Assembly (NCBI GenBank): GCA_944351415.1
Contig: CALVPQ010000005.1
Coordinates: forward strand, 1-61,988
Direction: 5' to 3'
DNA from: an uncultured Clostridia bacterium
Lineage (GTDB): Bacteria; Bacillota; Clostridia; Christensenellales; UBA1242
DNA: 61,988 nt
The notes below the pieces were generated by a model, which was not told the origin of the DNA, ran no database searches, and saw only the letters and a list, made by a program, of their open reading frames with translations. This document shows, piece by piece, positions 40,869 through 50,241 of the stretch (positions are counted from its first letter, which is position 1; each line of letters opens with the position of its first letter). A program made the translations under genes and the position numbers.

Positions 40869-41659
40869 TGGAAATGCAGTTTAAAAAACAAAGTTTTGAA
40901 AAAAGACTTACAAGTATGCTTAAAGTTGATTTCAAGAGACTGTTCCTTTCACCACTTGTCTACATTTTATGCGGAATTTCTCTTGTGCTTCCAATTTTAA
41001 TCCTTGTTATGACAAGCATGATGGGTGGAACAAGTGTTGACCCAACTACCGGCGTTGAAACCACAGTTGAAACATTTACTAATGTCTGGCAGGCAATAGG
41101 TTCAACAGGCTCCGCTATGAGTATGGACTTAACAAGCATGTGCAATATAAACCTAATGTTCTTTTTAGTGGCAATTTTTGTTTGCATCTTTGTTGGTGAT
41201 GATTTTAGAAGTGGCTATGCAAAAAATCTTTTTACAGTGCGTGCTAAGAAAGTTGATTATGTTCTTTCAAAAACTATAGTATGCTTTATTGGCGCTGTTG
41301 CAATGTTTTTACTTTATTTTATTGGTGCCATGATAGGTGGTGCAATTGCGGGTTTATCTTTTTCAACTGAAGGGTTTGGTGCCGGCGGAGTTATTGCTTG
41401 TTTTATTTCAAAAATTTTTATATCTCTAATCTTTGTTTCAATAGCAATAATATTTTCAACAGTTGCAAAACAAAAATTATGGCTCTCTATTCTCTGTTCA
41501 CTAGGTGCTGGTATGCTCTTGTTTACAATGATTCCAATGATTGCACCACTTTCAGCTGGAATTTTAAATGTGATTATGTGTATAGCAGGCGGAATGATAT
41601 TTGCAATAGGTCTTGGGGCATTAAGTAATTTAATTTTAAATAAAACAAGTTTAGTTTAA
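40868..41659 (+). CDS. ABC-2 type permease, copy 2
   Basis: 6-TM protein with GDDFRSGYAKNLFT motif. It is much more diverged from copy 1 than the two ATPases are from each other. Confidence 0.75.
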   Translation: MEMQFKKQSFEKRLTSMLKVDFKRLFLSPLVYILCGISLVLPILILVMTSMMGGTSVDPTTGVETTVETFTNVWQAIGSTGSAMSMDLTSMCNINLMFFLVAIFVCIFVGDDFRSGYAKNLFTVRAKKVDYVLSKTIVCFIGAVAMFLLYFIGAMIGGAIAGLSFSTEGFGAGGVIACFISKIFISLIFVSIAIIFSTVAKQKLWLSILCSLGAGMLLFTMIPMIAPLSAGILNVIMCIAGGMIFAIGLGALSNLILNKTSLV

Positions 41660-41735
41660 ACTTGCTTAAATAAAAAAATTAAGCATATTTTCTTTTTGCA
41701 GTGGCAAAACTGGAAATCACTTCAATTTATGTTGG

Positions 41736-41753
41736 ATAATTTCTAGAAATTAT
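41736..41753. promoter_or_regulatory. perfect 18-bp palindrome ATAATTTCTAGAAATTAT
   Basis: Exact dyad symmetry in the intergenic region, immediately followed by AAAAAAA. It may be a protein-binding site. Confidence 0.35.
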
Positions 41754-41960
41754 AAAAAAACAGAAATAACAAAATATTAAACGACAAAAAAGGGTTTAAT
41801 TATGACAACAAATATTATTAAAAAGAAAAAACATCAAAATGCTATTACCATGAAAGATTTTAAGCAGTTTTTGAGTGCAAAATCTTTTAAAGAACAACTT
41901 ATGATTATCACAATTCATTCACAAAAAAATCAAGAAAATATTAAAAAAGGAGAAAAAACT

Positions 41961-42314
41961 ATGAAAAATCAAGAAAAAAAAGAAAATTTTATAAAAAGGG
42001 CATTTAAAGATATGGCTGAAAATGCAAAAGCTCAACATCAAGTTGATAAGGCAAATTTTGAAGCAGTAAAAGCAGAATCAAAGGCAAATTTTGAAGAAAA
42101 CCGTGGCACTATCACTTTAAAACGTGCAAAAGAAAATGCAAAGCAAAGTTGGGAAGATGCTCACCTATCTCCAAGTGAAAGAACAGCAAAAATTCGCCAA
42201 GAACAGGAAAAACAAATTGAAGAGGCAAGCACCAGAATTGCAGAGGCACAAGTTAGAATAGCCAAAGCACAAGAAATAAGAGCAGAAGAAAAAACAAAAA
42301 ACTTAAAGAAATAA
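41961..42314 (+). CDS. small K/E/A-rich coiled-coil protein (117 aa)
   Basis: The start is set at MKNQEKK, preceded by an AAAGGAG RBS. The upstream 53 codons of the track ORF lack an RBS. Confidence 0.55.
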   Translation: MKNQEKKENFIKRAFKDMAENAKAQHQVDKANFEAVKAESKANFEENRGTITLKRAKENAKQSWEDAHLSPSERTAKIRQEQEKQIEEASTRIAEAQVRIAKAQEIRAEEKTKNLKK

Positions 42315-42401
42315 ATCTTTAAGTTTTTATTATAATATAAAAATAAAATTAAAAAAATTAATAATCCAAATATGGTGACTGCAAATAAGGTGAAAAGAAA
42401 A

Positions 42402-43679
42402 TTAATGGTGTTTATTTAAAGCACTTAAAAAACGTCTATTGATTTCTTGTTCTCGTGTTAAAGAATGCAATAATAGTCCATTTAGAAACTCACCATAATA
42501 ACTACTTGGAATGTTTGTTTGTTTATTTTCAAAATCTTTAAAGTATTTGTATAGTTCGTAGTATGTTACTACAACATATTTATCACTATCTTTTAACTCT
42601 GATAACTCAGAATAGTTAGGAACAAATAAGAAGGTTAATATCTTTGCATTTTTAAAGTTTTCATTATTAGCTTTAATTTTTTTAGCAAACTCTTTATATT
42701 TATCCAGTTGAGAATGTTTAACATTTTCTTCTTCATATATGCCGTTTAATAAAGAATTTATTTTATTTTCAATTATAACAATATAATCTTCATTATATAG
42801 TAATAAATCTAACCTTCCTTTATGAGAGGTGTCTGTTGTTGACTTTTCTTTTGCAATTTCAAAGCCTTGCAAAGATAAATTATAATCTTTTCTATTGCAT
42901 TTTTTTAATAGCCAATTTACAAAAGCTTTTCTATTATCTTTTCTATCATTTTCATTACCACTATTTAAAATATTATAAAACATATTTGTAAATGCTTGTT
43001 CGCTGTGTTCTTTACCGATAAAATGCATAAAGCTTTTATTGTTTATTTCTGGTCCCTTCGCTGTTAAATCAACCTTTAACAGCTTGAAATTTTTAAAGTT
43101 TTTGGCATCGACAATTAGCTTATTTAATTGTGAGTTTTGATTAGAATCTCCACCACAATAACCATAGAAAAAAGAGCGTCCTGGCTTTTCATTTTCTAGA
43201 ACAATCACGTTAAAATTTTTACTTTCTAATTCTTTTATCTTGTTTTGTTGTTTTTCTTTAAATCTTTTATTTACTGCAGGCACAATATATGTTTTTTTAG
43301 GTGGCTTTTTTAAGTTGCCACTTGGCACTTGATATGTAACATGACAAAAAGGCTTATCTGATATAATATTACTTTGGTTAAATTCTATTTTCTCTAGAAC
43401 TTTTCCACCATATTTTATTTTGCTAGCCAAACTATTATCAACCTTTGTAACACCTAGTGCTATGGCAAGAATAGGATATGCATATTTCTCTGAAGGTCCT
43501 AAAAGAATAACATGGTCGACATCACTAGCCCCTTCTCCTTTATCAGGATTAAAAATAAAACTTTCTTCACCGTCATCTGGCTTGTAAAAATTGATAATTT
43601 CATGACCAATATTGTCTACATTATATCTACCAATATACATTTTGCTAAATAAAATCTTCGTCTTGTTATCTTTCGTCAT
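42402..43679 (-). CDS. two-domain protein: unknown N-terminal domain + C-terminal PD-(D/E)xK nuclease (PDDEXK_4-like)
   Basis: The C-terminal half has FMHFIGKEHSEQAFTNMFYNIL, then GRLDLLLYNEDYIVIIENKINS (D...E.K catalytic pattern), then SQLDKYKEF. This layout is typical of the PD-(D/E)xK family that starts with an E..HS..F helix. It is the last gene of the four-gene cassette. Confidence 0.6.
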   Translation of the reverse strand: MTKDNKTKILFSKMYIGRYNVDNIGHEIINFYKPDDGEESFIFNPDKGEGASDVDHVILLGPSEKYAYPILAIALGVTKVDNSLASKIKYGGKVLEKIEFNQSNIISDKPFCHVTYQVPSGNLKKPPKKTYIVPAVNKRFKEKQQNKIKELESKNFNVIVLENEKPGRSFFYGYCGGDSNQNSQLNKLIVDAKNFKNFKLLKVDLTAKGPEINNKSFMHFIGKEHSEQAFTNMFYNILNSGNENDRKDNRKAFVNWLLKKCNRKDYNLSLQGFEIAKEKSTTDTSHKGRLDLLLYNEDYIVIIENKINSLLNGIYEEENVKHSQLDKYKEFAKKIKANNENFKNAKILTFLFVPNYSELSELKDSDKYVVVTYYELYKYFKDFENKQTNIPSSYYGEFLNGLLLHSLTREQEINRRFLSALNKHH

Positions 43680-43729
43680 TTTTTCCCTTTTTATAATTTT
43701 AAAATTAATTTTTTTATATTATAATTCAA

Positions 43730-44290
43730 TTAAAATTTATCTTTTATAATTTCATAATACATATTAACATTTTCAGTCGTTATATTTTCAAATTGATTAT
43801 GATGTGTTATTAAACTTTTTGCTCTTAACTTCCCACAAATTATGTCTTGCACAATTAAATTTTCACATTCCATTTCGTCGCACAACACCTCAACCATTTC
43901 ACAATCAAGTTTTGTCGCCTCAACCTTTCCTTTTGCTCGCAGTTCATCAAATATTTCGCTTTCATCTTTTAATATAACATTGTTAGCATACAATCTGCCA
44001 ACTCTAAACTTTTTATTTACAATAATGTTATTCGCCCAAAATGAATAGCAAATAGGTTCAGCAAAATCTATATCTGGCAAAAGACCTTCACCCCTTTTTG
44101 TAACCTTTACAGTTTCAGGTGTTTGAAAGTCCATCACTCCAAAAGGTATTTCAACATTTATCACAATATCGGCAAGTTTATCATTTTCAATAAACTTGTA
44201 TAATTTAACATTGAATTTCCTATCTTGTTTTTTAGGTATGGTTTGAAATATATATTTGTCCAAATCTTCCAAACTATTTATTATTATCAT
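43730..44290 (-). CDS. hypothetical protein (186 aa), third gene of cassette
   Basis: No recognised motif. The C-terminal half has a repetitive hydrophobic pattern (ANNIIVNKKFRVGRLYANNVILKD...) suggestive of a beta-solenoid. Confidence 0.5.
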   Translation of the reverse strand: MIIINSLEDLDKYIFQTIPKKQDRKFNVKLYKFIENDKLADIVINVEIPFGVMDFQTPETVKVTKRGEGLLPDIDFAEPICYSFWANNIIVNKKFRVGRLYANNVILKDESEIFDELRAKGKVEATKLDCEMVEVLCDEMECENLIVQDIICGKLRAKSLITHHNQFENITTENVNMYYEIIKDKF

Positions 44291-44318
44291 GCTTTCTTCC
44301 TATTTTTTTATGTAATTT

Positions 44319-45308
44319 TTAATTTTTATAATTTTTTTGCATTATTTCTATATTTTTTATAATTTCATCTCTTGTTTCCTGTGGTGAAATTAATTCTATA
44401 GTTTCTCCATATTGTAGGCACCAATAAATTAGTGCTTGTTCGTTCACCTTAACGTCAGCATATAAAATATTGTCTTTCATATATAGTCTAGCATTTGTTC
44501 CAAACCACTCAATAATAAATTCCGCTGAATATTCACTTAAAATTTTTAATGTTGCATTGACGGTCTTATTGTGAAACATATAGATATTTTGATTTGCATA
44601 TTCTGCCATATCAACACCCTTTTCACAATTCTTTAACTTAGTAATTGGTTTGACTGGTGTGTCTAAAATTTTGATGTTTGAAATAAGTTCAACTTTGTAG
44701 TTTGCTATGTCATCAAAAAAATCAAGGTTACAAACAAGGTAATATCTACCTTGACTGTTAATCATAAAATATGGGTTTATTATATAACGTTTTTGCCGTT
44801 TTTGCTCGTTTTTCTCTTTGTCAAAATAAAAACGGTTATAATTAAATTCAACCTGCTTGCCATTTTCAATAGCCTCATTCAATATATCTATTGTATAAAA
44901 TAATTGTTTTTGATTCGTTCGGACAATTTGGTCTGACTTATAAATATATTTATATCTTTTTCTATCATTCAAACTTAAAAAACTTGAAAGTTTCTGTGAT
45001 AATTTTCTTGAATGCTCACTATCAATAGACTTACTTGAGAACACAGCATCAATTAAATATGAAATTTCACTTTTTTCAAACTCACGTTCCCCTAAATAGC
45101 ACCCTTTTCTTGTTTTTACAATATCAAAACCAAAATCCATTAAACTATCAATTGTAGAACTAATAGATTTTCGCTCAAGTTCCAAACCAAATTTATTATA
45201 TACTTTTTCAATAATCTGTTCTTGTTTTAAAAAATGATTTTCATCACTGTATTCTTTTAATATTGATAAAATACATAGTGGTGAAAGTTTTTTATTATTA
45301 GGAAGCAT
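44319..45308 (-). CDS. wHTH-WYL domain transcriptional regulator (BrxR/CapW-like architecture)
   Basis: N-terminal winged HTH (LCILSILKEYSDENHFLKQEQIIEKV...ERKSISSTIDSL). The central WYL-type block is VEFNYNRFYFD...RYIINPYFMINSQGRYYLVCN. The start is set at the Met at 45308 after a GGAGGGG RBS. Confidence 0.7.
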   Translation of the reverse strand: MLPNNKKLSPLCILSILKEYSDENHFLKQEQIIEKVYNKFGLELERKSISSTIDSLMDFGFDIVKTRKGCYLGEREFEKSEISYLIDAVFSSKSIDSEHSRKLSQKLSSFLSLNDRKRYKYIYKSDQIVRTNQKQLFYTIDILNEAIENGKQVEFNYNRFYFDKEKNEQKRQKRYIINPYFMINSQGRYYLVCNLDFFDDIANYKVELISNIKILDTPVKPITKLKNCEKGVDMAEYANQNIYMFHNKTVNATLKILSEYSAEFIIEWFGTNARLYMKDNILYADVKVNEQALIYWCLQYGETIELISPQETRDEIIKNIEIMQKNYKN

Positions 45309-45359
45309 ATTTTCCCCTCCAATTTCACTATACCACAATAGCTAAAACTTACAAAATAT

Positions 45360-47357
45360 TTAACTATGAAAACCAAAAGAAAATTTATCAACCTTTCTTA
45401 TGGGCATATCAATATCTTCTGGCAACAGCTCTCTTATTTTTGAAGTGTGAAGAAGATTGCCGTTTACAAGCCTTGTTGCTTGTTTCATTCTTGCCTTCTC
45501 AAGGAGATTTCTTATAAATCTGCCATTTCCAAAATTTTTATCATCTTTATTAAATGCGATAATTTCCCTTATTTTTTCTTTGCACTGCGAGATGTCTATA
45601 TCCATTTTTATTGCATAATATTCAGCAATTTTAACAAGTTCTTCTTCACTATAATCAGGAAATTCCACTTCAAAAGCTATTCTACTTCTCAATCCCGCAT
45701 TTCTCTCTAAAAATTTTTGCATCTTGTCTTTATAACCTGCAAAGATTACAACCATGTTTTCTCGATTGTTTTCCATCTCTTGAACAATTGCGCTGATTGC
45801 CTCGTCGCCATATAAGCCATCTTTCCCATCACATAGAGAATATGCCTCGTCAATAAAAAGAACGTTCCCAATTGCTTGTTTAAAAAGTTCCTGAACTTTT
45901 GGTGCTGTGCCACCAACAAATTTGCTAACAATATCCGCCCTTCCAACTTCTATTAATTTTCCATTGGAGAGCAAATTTTCTTCTTTCATAATTTTCGCTA
46001 TAATTCTTGCAACAGTTGTTTTTGCCGTTCCAGGATTGCCAACAAAACACATGTGTCTACTAAACGGCATAATCTTCATATTTTCACTCTTATAAGCTTG
46101 TTGCAATTTTGAATAATTGATAAAATCAGCAATAATCTTTTTGATATTATCAAGCCCTATTAAATTATTAAGTTCATTATAACTATCTTTTGTAGACACC
46201 TTTTCAATAATTTTTTCTTCTTTTACAAACATAGAGTATTGGGGAAATTGAACAGTTTTCATATAATTTTTATGCCAATTTTTAAAAATATCTTCAAGCT
46301 CAAATGTTTTATATAATTTATTGGGTTCAATTAAATCAAAAAGGCTTTGTGTTTCTTGAATATTATATTTACATGCAAAATTATTTAAAAAATTCTTAGC
46401 CATTTCATCATGTAATGCTGTGTCAAGCACTTCAACAAAAGACAAATCAGATAAATAGTTTTTTATGTAATTTAACTGTCCATTCTTAACCGAATAAAGT
46501 TGAAATATTAATGTTATTTCATTTTGAACAACTTTACAAGTCCGGCAAATTGTTTCAAGCACTTCCATTTCTCTTGAATAACAATCTGTTTCATCTATTT
46601 CTATATTTGATGATATAACAACAACCCCTCCGTCGTTCATTCTTAAAACTGAAAGAATTTCAAAAAACAAATCAATTCCTGAGTAGCGTAGGTGTTCAGG
46701 ACGAAGTATTGTATACTTGTCCCTAAGCATTCGCCCATTTGAATGTAAGGCATCAACTAAAACCTTAACCGCTTCATTTCCCACTGTTTCTCTCATATTC
46801 AATATATAATGAACAGGAACTCCAAAAGCATTGTTTTTTCTCGGAGCATATATTCTTTTGATTTCTTCTTTCAGTTGGTCATTTAATATATGTTTATCAC
46901 AAAAATCTAATATTTCATCTTGCTTGCTATATTCCCTGCTTATTATATATTCCTTATAATGTCTATGAAGCCCAAATTTTATATCATATTTTGCCTTAAT
47001 ATCATTTATATTTTCTATGAAATTATTTTCTTCTGCCTGTTGCAAATCATCAATTAATGTATCCACACTTATCTCTTTTTTGCTAAAAAAATCTAAACTA
47101 CCTTCAAAACTTTTAATAAAATCTTCTGCGACTTTATTTACCATATCAATCGTATCAATTGATTTTTGAAAGATAACATCGAACATTAATTTATCTATAT
47201 CATCTTTAACAACAAACAAAAAAATGTCGTCATCTTTTTTTTCATTATGAAATTTCTTATAAACAAGCATATCTTGTTTTATCATCTCATCAATAAAATT
47301 TTTATCATTAAATATTTCTCCATTTTGTTTTAGATATGTAAATTTATAAAAAAACAT
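45360..47357 (-). CDS. AAA+ ATPase, SpoVK/CbbX-like C-terminal module with ~430-aa uncharacterised N-terminal region
   Basis: Walker A GNPGTAKTT, Walker B VLFIDEAYSL, sensor region VVIFAGY and GLRSRI. The N-terminal two-thirds has no recognisable motif. The start is set at MFFYKF after an AAAAGGAG RBS. Confidence 0.75.
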   Translation of the reverse strand: MFFYKFTYLKQNGEIFNDKNFIDEMIKQDMLVYKKFHNEKKDDDIFLFVVKDDIDKLMFDVIFQKSIDTIDMVNKVAEDFIKSFEGSLDFFSKKEISVDTLIDDLQQAEENNFIENINDIKAKYDIKFGLHRHYKEYIISREYSKQDEILDFCDKHILNDQLKEEIKRIYAPRKNNAFGVPVHYILNMRETVGNEAVKVLVDALHSNGRMLRDKYTILRPEHLRYSGIDLFFEILSVLRMNDGGVVVISSNIEIDETDCYSREMEVLETICRTCKVVQNEITLIFQLYSVKNGQLNYIKNYLSDLSFVEVLDTALHDEMAKNFLNNFACKYNIQETQSLFDLIEPNKLYKTFELEDIFKNWHKNYMKTVQFPQYSMFVKEEKIIEKVSTKDSYNELNNLIGLDNIKKIIADFINYSKLQQAYKSENMKIMPFSRHMCFVGNPGTAKTTVARIIAKIMKEENLLSNGKLIEVGRADIVSKFVGGTAPKVQELFKQAIGNVLFIDEAYSLCDGKDGLYGDEAISAIVQEMENNRENMVVIFAGYKDKMQKFLERNAGLRSRIAFEVEFPDYSEEELVKIAEYYAIKMDIDISQCKEKIREIIAFNKDDKNFGNGRFIRNLLEKARMKQATRLVNGNLLHTSKIRELLPEDIDMPIRKVDKFSFGFHS

Positions 47358-47394
47358 AATTTTCTCCTTTTGTTTACAAGGCAATATTAACACC

Positions 47395-47422
47395 AATAAT
47401 GTCCAAAAAAAAGGACATTATT
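47395..47422 (-). promoter_or_regulatory. 10-bp perfect inverted repeat upstream of the AAA+ gene
   Basis: AATAATGTCC-A8-GGACATTATT lies 38-65 nt upstream of the start codon at 47357. It may be an operator or a 5'-UTR hairpin. Confidence 0.4.
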
Positions 47423-47655
47423 TAAAAAATGGAATTTGATATTTGCTATCTTGTATATTTGTAAACATAAACTATAAAATTTTTATAGAATTTATAATTT
47501 TAAGCACAAAATAGATAGCATTATGTTATAATGGACTTATAAATTTAAAAAGCTATATTATAATTTAAAAAATGAAAAAGGTGTTGCATCTAAAGAATGG
47601 TATGCATCACATAAAGCTATTAAGATTATAACACAAAAACAAAAGGAGAAAAGAT

Positions 47656-48000
47656 ATGCTAATTAAAATTGGAAGCACCACACTTGATGCCACACTTGTT
47701 GATAATTCTTCAACGAGAGCCTTAAAAGAACTTTTGAAAAAGAACCCTATCACGATTTCTATGAGCGACTACTCAAACTTTGAAAAAGTTGGCACTCTTC
47801 CAAAAACGTTGCCACGTAATGATGAATTTTTTAGAACTCAAGCTGGTGATTTAATATTATATCAAGGCAATCAATTTGTTATTTACTATGACACAAATGC
47901 ATATAGTTTTACTCGTCTTGGGAAAATTCAAAATATTACTCAAAAAGAGCTAAAATCATTACTCGGAAAAAGTGATGTGACGGTCACATTGTATCTTTAA
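47656..48000 (+). CDS. cyclophilin-like fold protein (small, ligand-binding type)
   Basis: 114 aa. The pattern ...LDATLVDNSSTRALKELL...AGDLILYQGNQFVIYYD...YSFTRLGKI is typical of cyclophilin-like 2 family proteins. Confidence 0.55.
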   Translation: MLIKIGSTTLDATLVDNSSTRALKELLKKNPITISMSDYSNFEKVGTLPKTLPRNDEFFRTQAGDLILYQGNQFVIYYDTNAYSFTRLGKIQNITQKELKSLLGKSDVTVTLYL

Positions 48001-48076
48001 GGTTGACTATGAATTTGCAAATAAAATGCATATAAATAGAAAAATAGAAAGGGTCAACGACCTAAGGAGGAAAATT

Positions 48077-48613
48077 ATGAAAATTGTTGTTTTAATTGGA
48101 AGTCCAAATAAAAATGGCTCAACAAACTTAATTGCAAAGGAATTTGAAAAAGGCGCTCTTGAAGCTGGTCATCAGGTTGTTATGATTGACGTTGCACACG
48201 CAAATGTTGGAGTTTGCGGTGGCTGTGTGGCTTGCGGATATAACGGCCCTTGTGTAAGAAAAGATGATATGGAAATGATAAAAAAGGAAATCCTAAGTGC
48301 AGATATGCTTGTTTTTGCCACTCCACTTTACTATTATGGAATGTCAGCTCAACTTAAAAAAGTTGTTGATAGATTTTGTTCCTTTAACAGTCCACTGCAG
48401 GCTAAACGAATGAAATCCGCTCTACTTGCAGTTGCATGGAATAGTGACAACTGGACATTTGAAGCTCTTGAGAGCCATTATAAAACTCTTGTTCGTTATC
48501 TCAACCTTAAAGACCAAGGAATGATTCTAGGGCGTGGCTGTGGAACTCCTGGAATGACTGCTCATTCGTCTTATATGAATAAAGCATATCAACTTGGTAA
48601 AAGTTTAAAATAA
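48077..48613 (+). CDS. flavodoxin-like NAD(P)H-dependent FMN reductase / iron-sulfur flavoprotein
   Basis: MKIVVLIGSPNKNGSTN start after a GGAGG RBS. Cys cluster CGGCVACGYNGPC and ATPLYYYGMSAQLK. Confidence 0.8.
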   Translation: MKIVVLIGSPNKNGSTNLIAKEFEKGALEAGHQVVMIDVAHANVGVCGGCVACGYNGPCVRKDDMEMIKKEILSADMLVFATPLYYYGMSAQLKKVVDRFCSFNSPLQAKRMKSALLAVAWNSDNWTFEALESHYKTLVRYLNLKDQGMILGRGCGTPGMTAHSSYMNKAYQLGKSLK

Positions 48614-48727
48614 AAAATAATTAAAAAATTAAAAAATATAAAAATTTAATTAAAAATCATTAAAAATTGTGAATAATCGCTTAATTTCTAATTTTTTTTA
48701 AAAAAAGAACAAAAAATAGGAGAAAAT

Positions 48728-49675
48728 ATGACAATCGATTTTCATGCGCACCCTGTGACAGAGCAGTTTCGTGCAGGGCTTGAATATTTAGGAATAGACC
48801 CTATTATTGCAGATGGATTTTCTTTGCCAAAGTGGAGTATAGAAGAGCATTTAAATTTTATGAAAGAGGCAAATATTGATTTGACAATTTTATCTGCTCC
48901 AGCACCACATATCTATAATGGCGATAACAAAAAATCATGCGAAGTTGCAAGAAAAATAAATATTGCTATGGCGAAAATCTGTCAAGACTACCCTGACAGG
49001 TTTAAATTTGTTGCGAATGTTTCTTTGCCAGATGTTGAAGGTGCAATTAAAGAAGCAAGGTTTGCAATTGAGAATTTAGGAGCAATTGGTGTTAAGCTTG
49101 CTACAAACAACTTTGGTATCTATTTAGGTGACAAATCTTTTGACCCTTTTATGCAAGAGCTTGACAAAATGCATGCACTTGCAATAATTCACCCATGTAG
49201 AGCAATGGAATATCCTAAAAATGCAATAACTGGAAAGGTTGCTGCTGCGATGTTTGAATACCCTGCCGACACAACAAGAGCAGTTTTAAATATGATTTCA
49301 AATAAGGTGATGACAAGATTTCCAAATATTCGTTTTGTTGTGCCACACGTGGGTTCGTTTTTGCCATATATGCTTCAAAGATTTGAAGGCATATCAAATA
49401 TTCTTTCTTCGCTTGGAATGATGGATAAAATTGATGCTAAAAAAGAATTTGAAAAATTATATTTTGATATTGCAGGTGACCCAGAACCTGTTGCTCTTGA
49501 TATGCTAAGTATGGTTGTTGATAGAGATAAAGTTGTCTATGGCAGCGATTTCCCATACTCTCCAGCAAAGATTATAATTTCTAAGAAAGAGCATTTTGAG
49601 AAAAATAAAAAATATAAAGAGTTTTCAAAACAAATATACACCACAAATGCTGAAAATCTATTAAAAATTAATTAG
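48728..49675 (+). CDS. amidohydrolase-2 family metal-dependent hydrolase/decarboxylase
   Basis: IDFHAHP metal-binding start, HPC, HVG and GSDFPY motifs. Confidence 0.75.
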   Translation: MTIDFHAHPVTEQFRAGLEYLGIDPIIADGFSLPKWSIEEHLNFMKEANIDLTILSAPAPHIYNGDNKKSCEVARKINIAMAKICQDYPDRFKFVANVSLPDVEGAIKEARFAIENLGAIGVKLATNNFGIYLGDKSFDPFMQELDKMHALAIIHPCRAMEYPKNAITGKVAAAMFEYPADTTRAVLNMISNKVMTRFPNIRFVVPHVGSFLPYMLQRFEGISNILSSLGMMDKIDAKKEFEKLYFDIAGDPEPVALDMLSMVVDRDKVVYGSDFPYSPAKIIISKKEHFEKNKKYKEFSKQIYTTNAENLLKIN

Positions 49676-49755
49676 TTTTAAAAAAAGTGTTAAAGCAAAA
49701 TACTGTTAACACTTTTTTATTTTTATAATTTTTTGTTCTTTGTTTATGTTGAAAG

Positions 49756-50085
49756 TTATTTCATATTCGCGGTTATATCAAGAAGTATCAAATCTTCTTG
49801 TGTGTTATTAAATATTTCGTGTGTGCTTCCAATAGGGCAATAATGAAGCTGCCCTTTGCCTACAATTTCTTCGGTGCCATTTATTATGATTTTTGCCTGT
49901 CCTGAAAGCACATAAATAAATTCATTGTTATTTTGAGTATGCTTTCCCATTGACGAATTTGGTGATAAGACTGCCCTTATTATTTTGCAATTATCGTCAA
50001 TAAACATTTTTGATTTTATAAATCCTGTTCCGCCATTCATATTTTCAACTTCTACTGTTTTTAGTTCTTCAAAATCAATTTTCAT
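49756..50085 (-). CDS. cupin domain protein
   Basis: 109 aa with a G.H.Q...E...G......H-type cupin pattern (MGKHTQNNNEFIYVLSG...PIGSTHEI). Confidence 0.7.
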   Translation of the reverse strand: MKIDFEELKTVEVENMNGGTGFIKSKMFIDDNCKIIRAVLSPNSSMGKHTQNNNEFIYVLSGQAKIIINGTEEIVGKGQLHYCPIGSTHEIFNNTQEDLILLDITANMK

Positions 50086-50241
50086 TTTATCTCCTTTTTA
50101 CAAATATATTATAGCATATCAACTTTTTTTGCGTTAAAAATTTAATAATTATTTAAAATTTTATAAATTAGTTTGCTTTATTTTTCTATCAATCTTTGAT
50201 ATAATTATACTAATAAAAAACTACAAAAAAAAGGACGTTAT

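Noticed and set aside
41802-41960. N-terminal 53 codons of the 170-aa ORF.
   Set aside because: There is no RBS at 41802, whereas the internal ATG at 41961 has AAAGGAG at proper spacing. The upstream part is probably untranslated.
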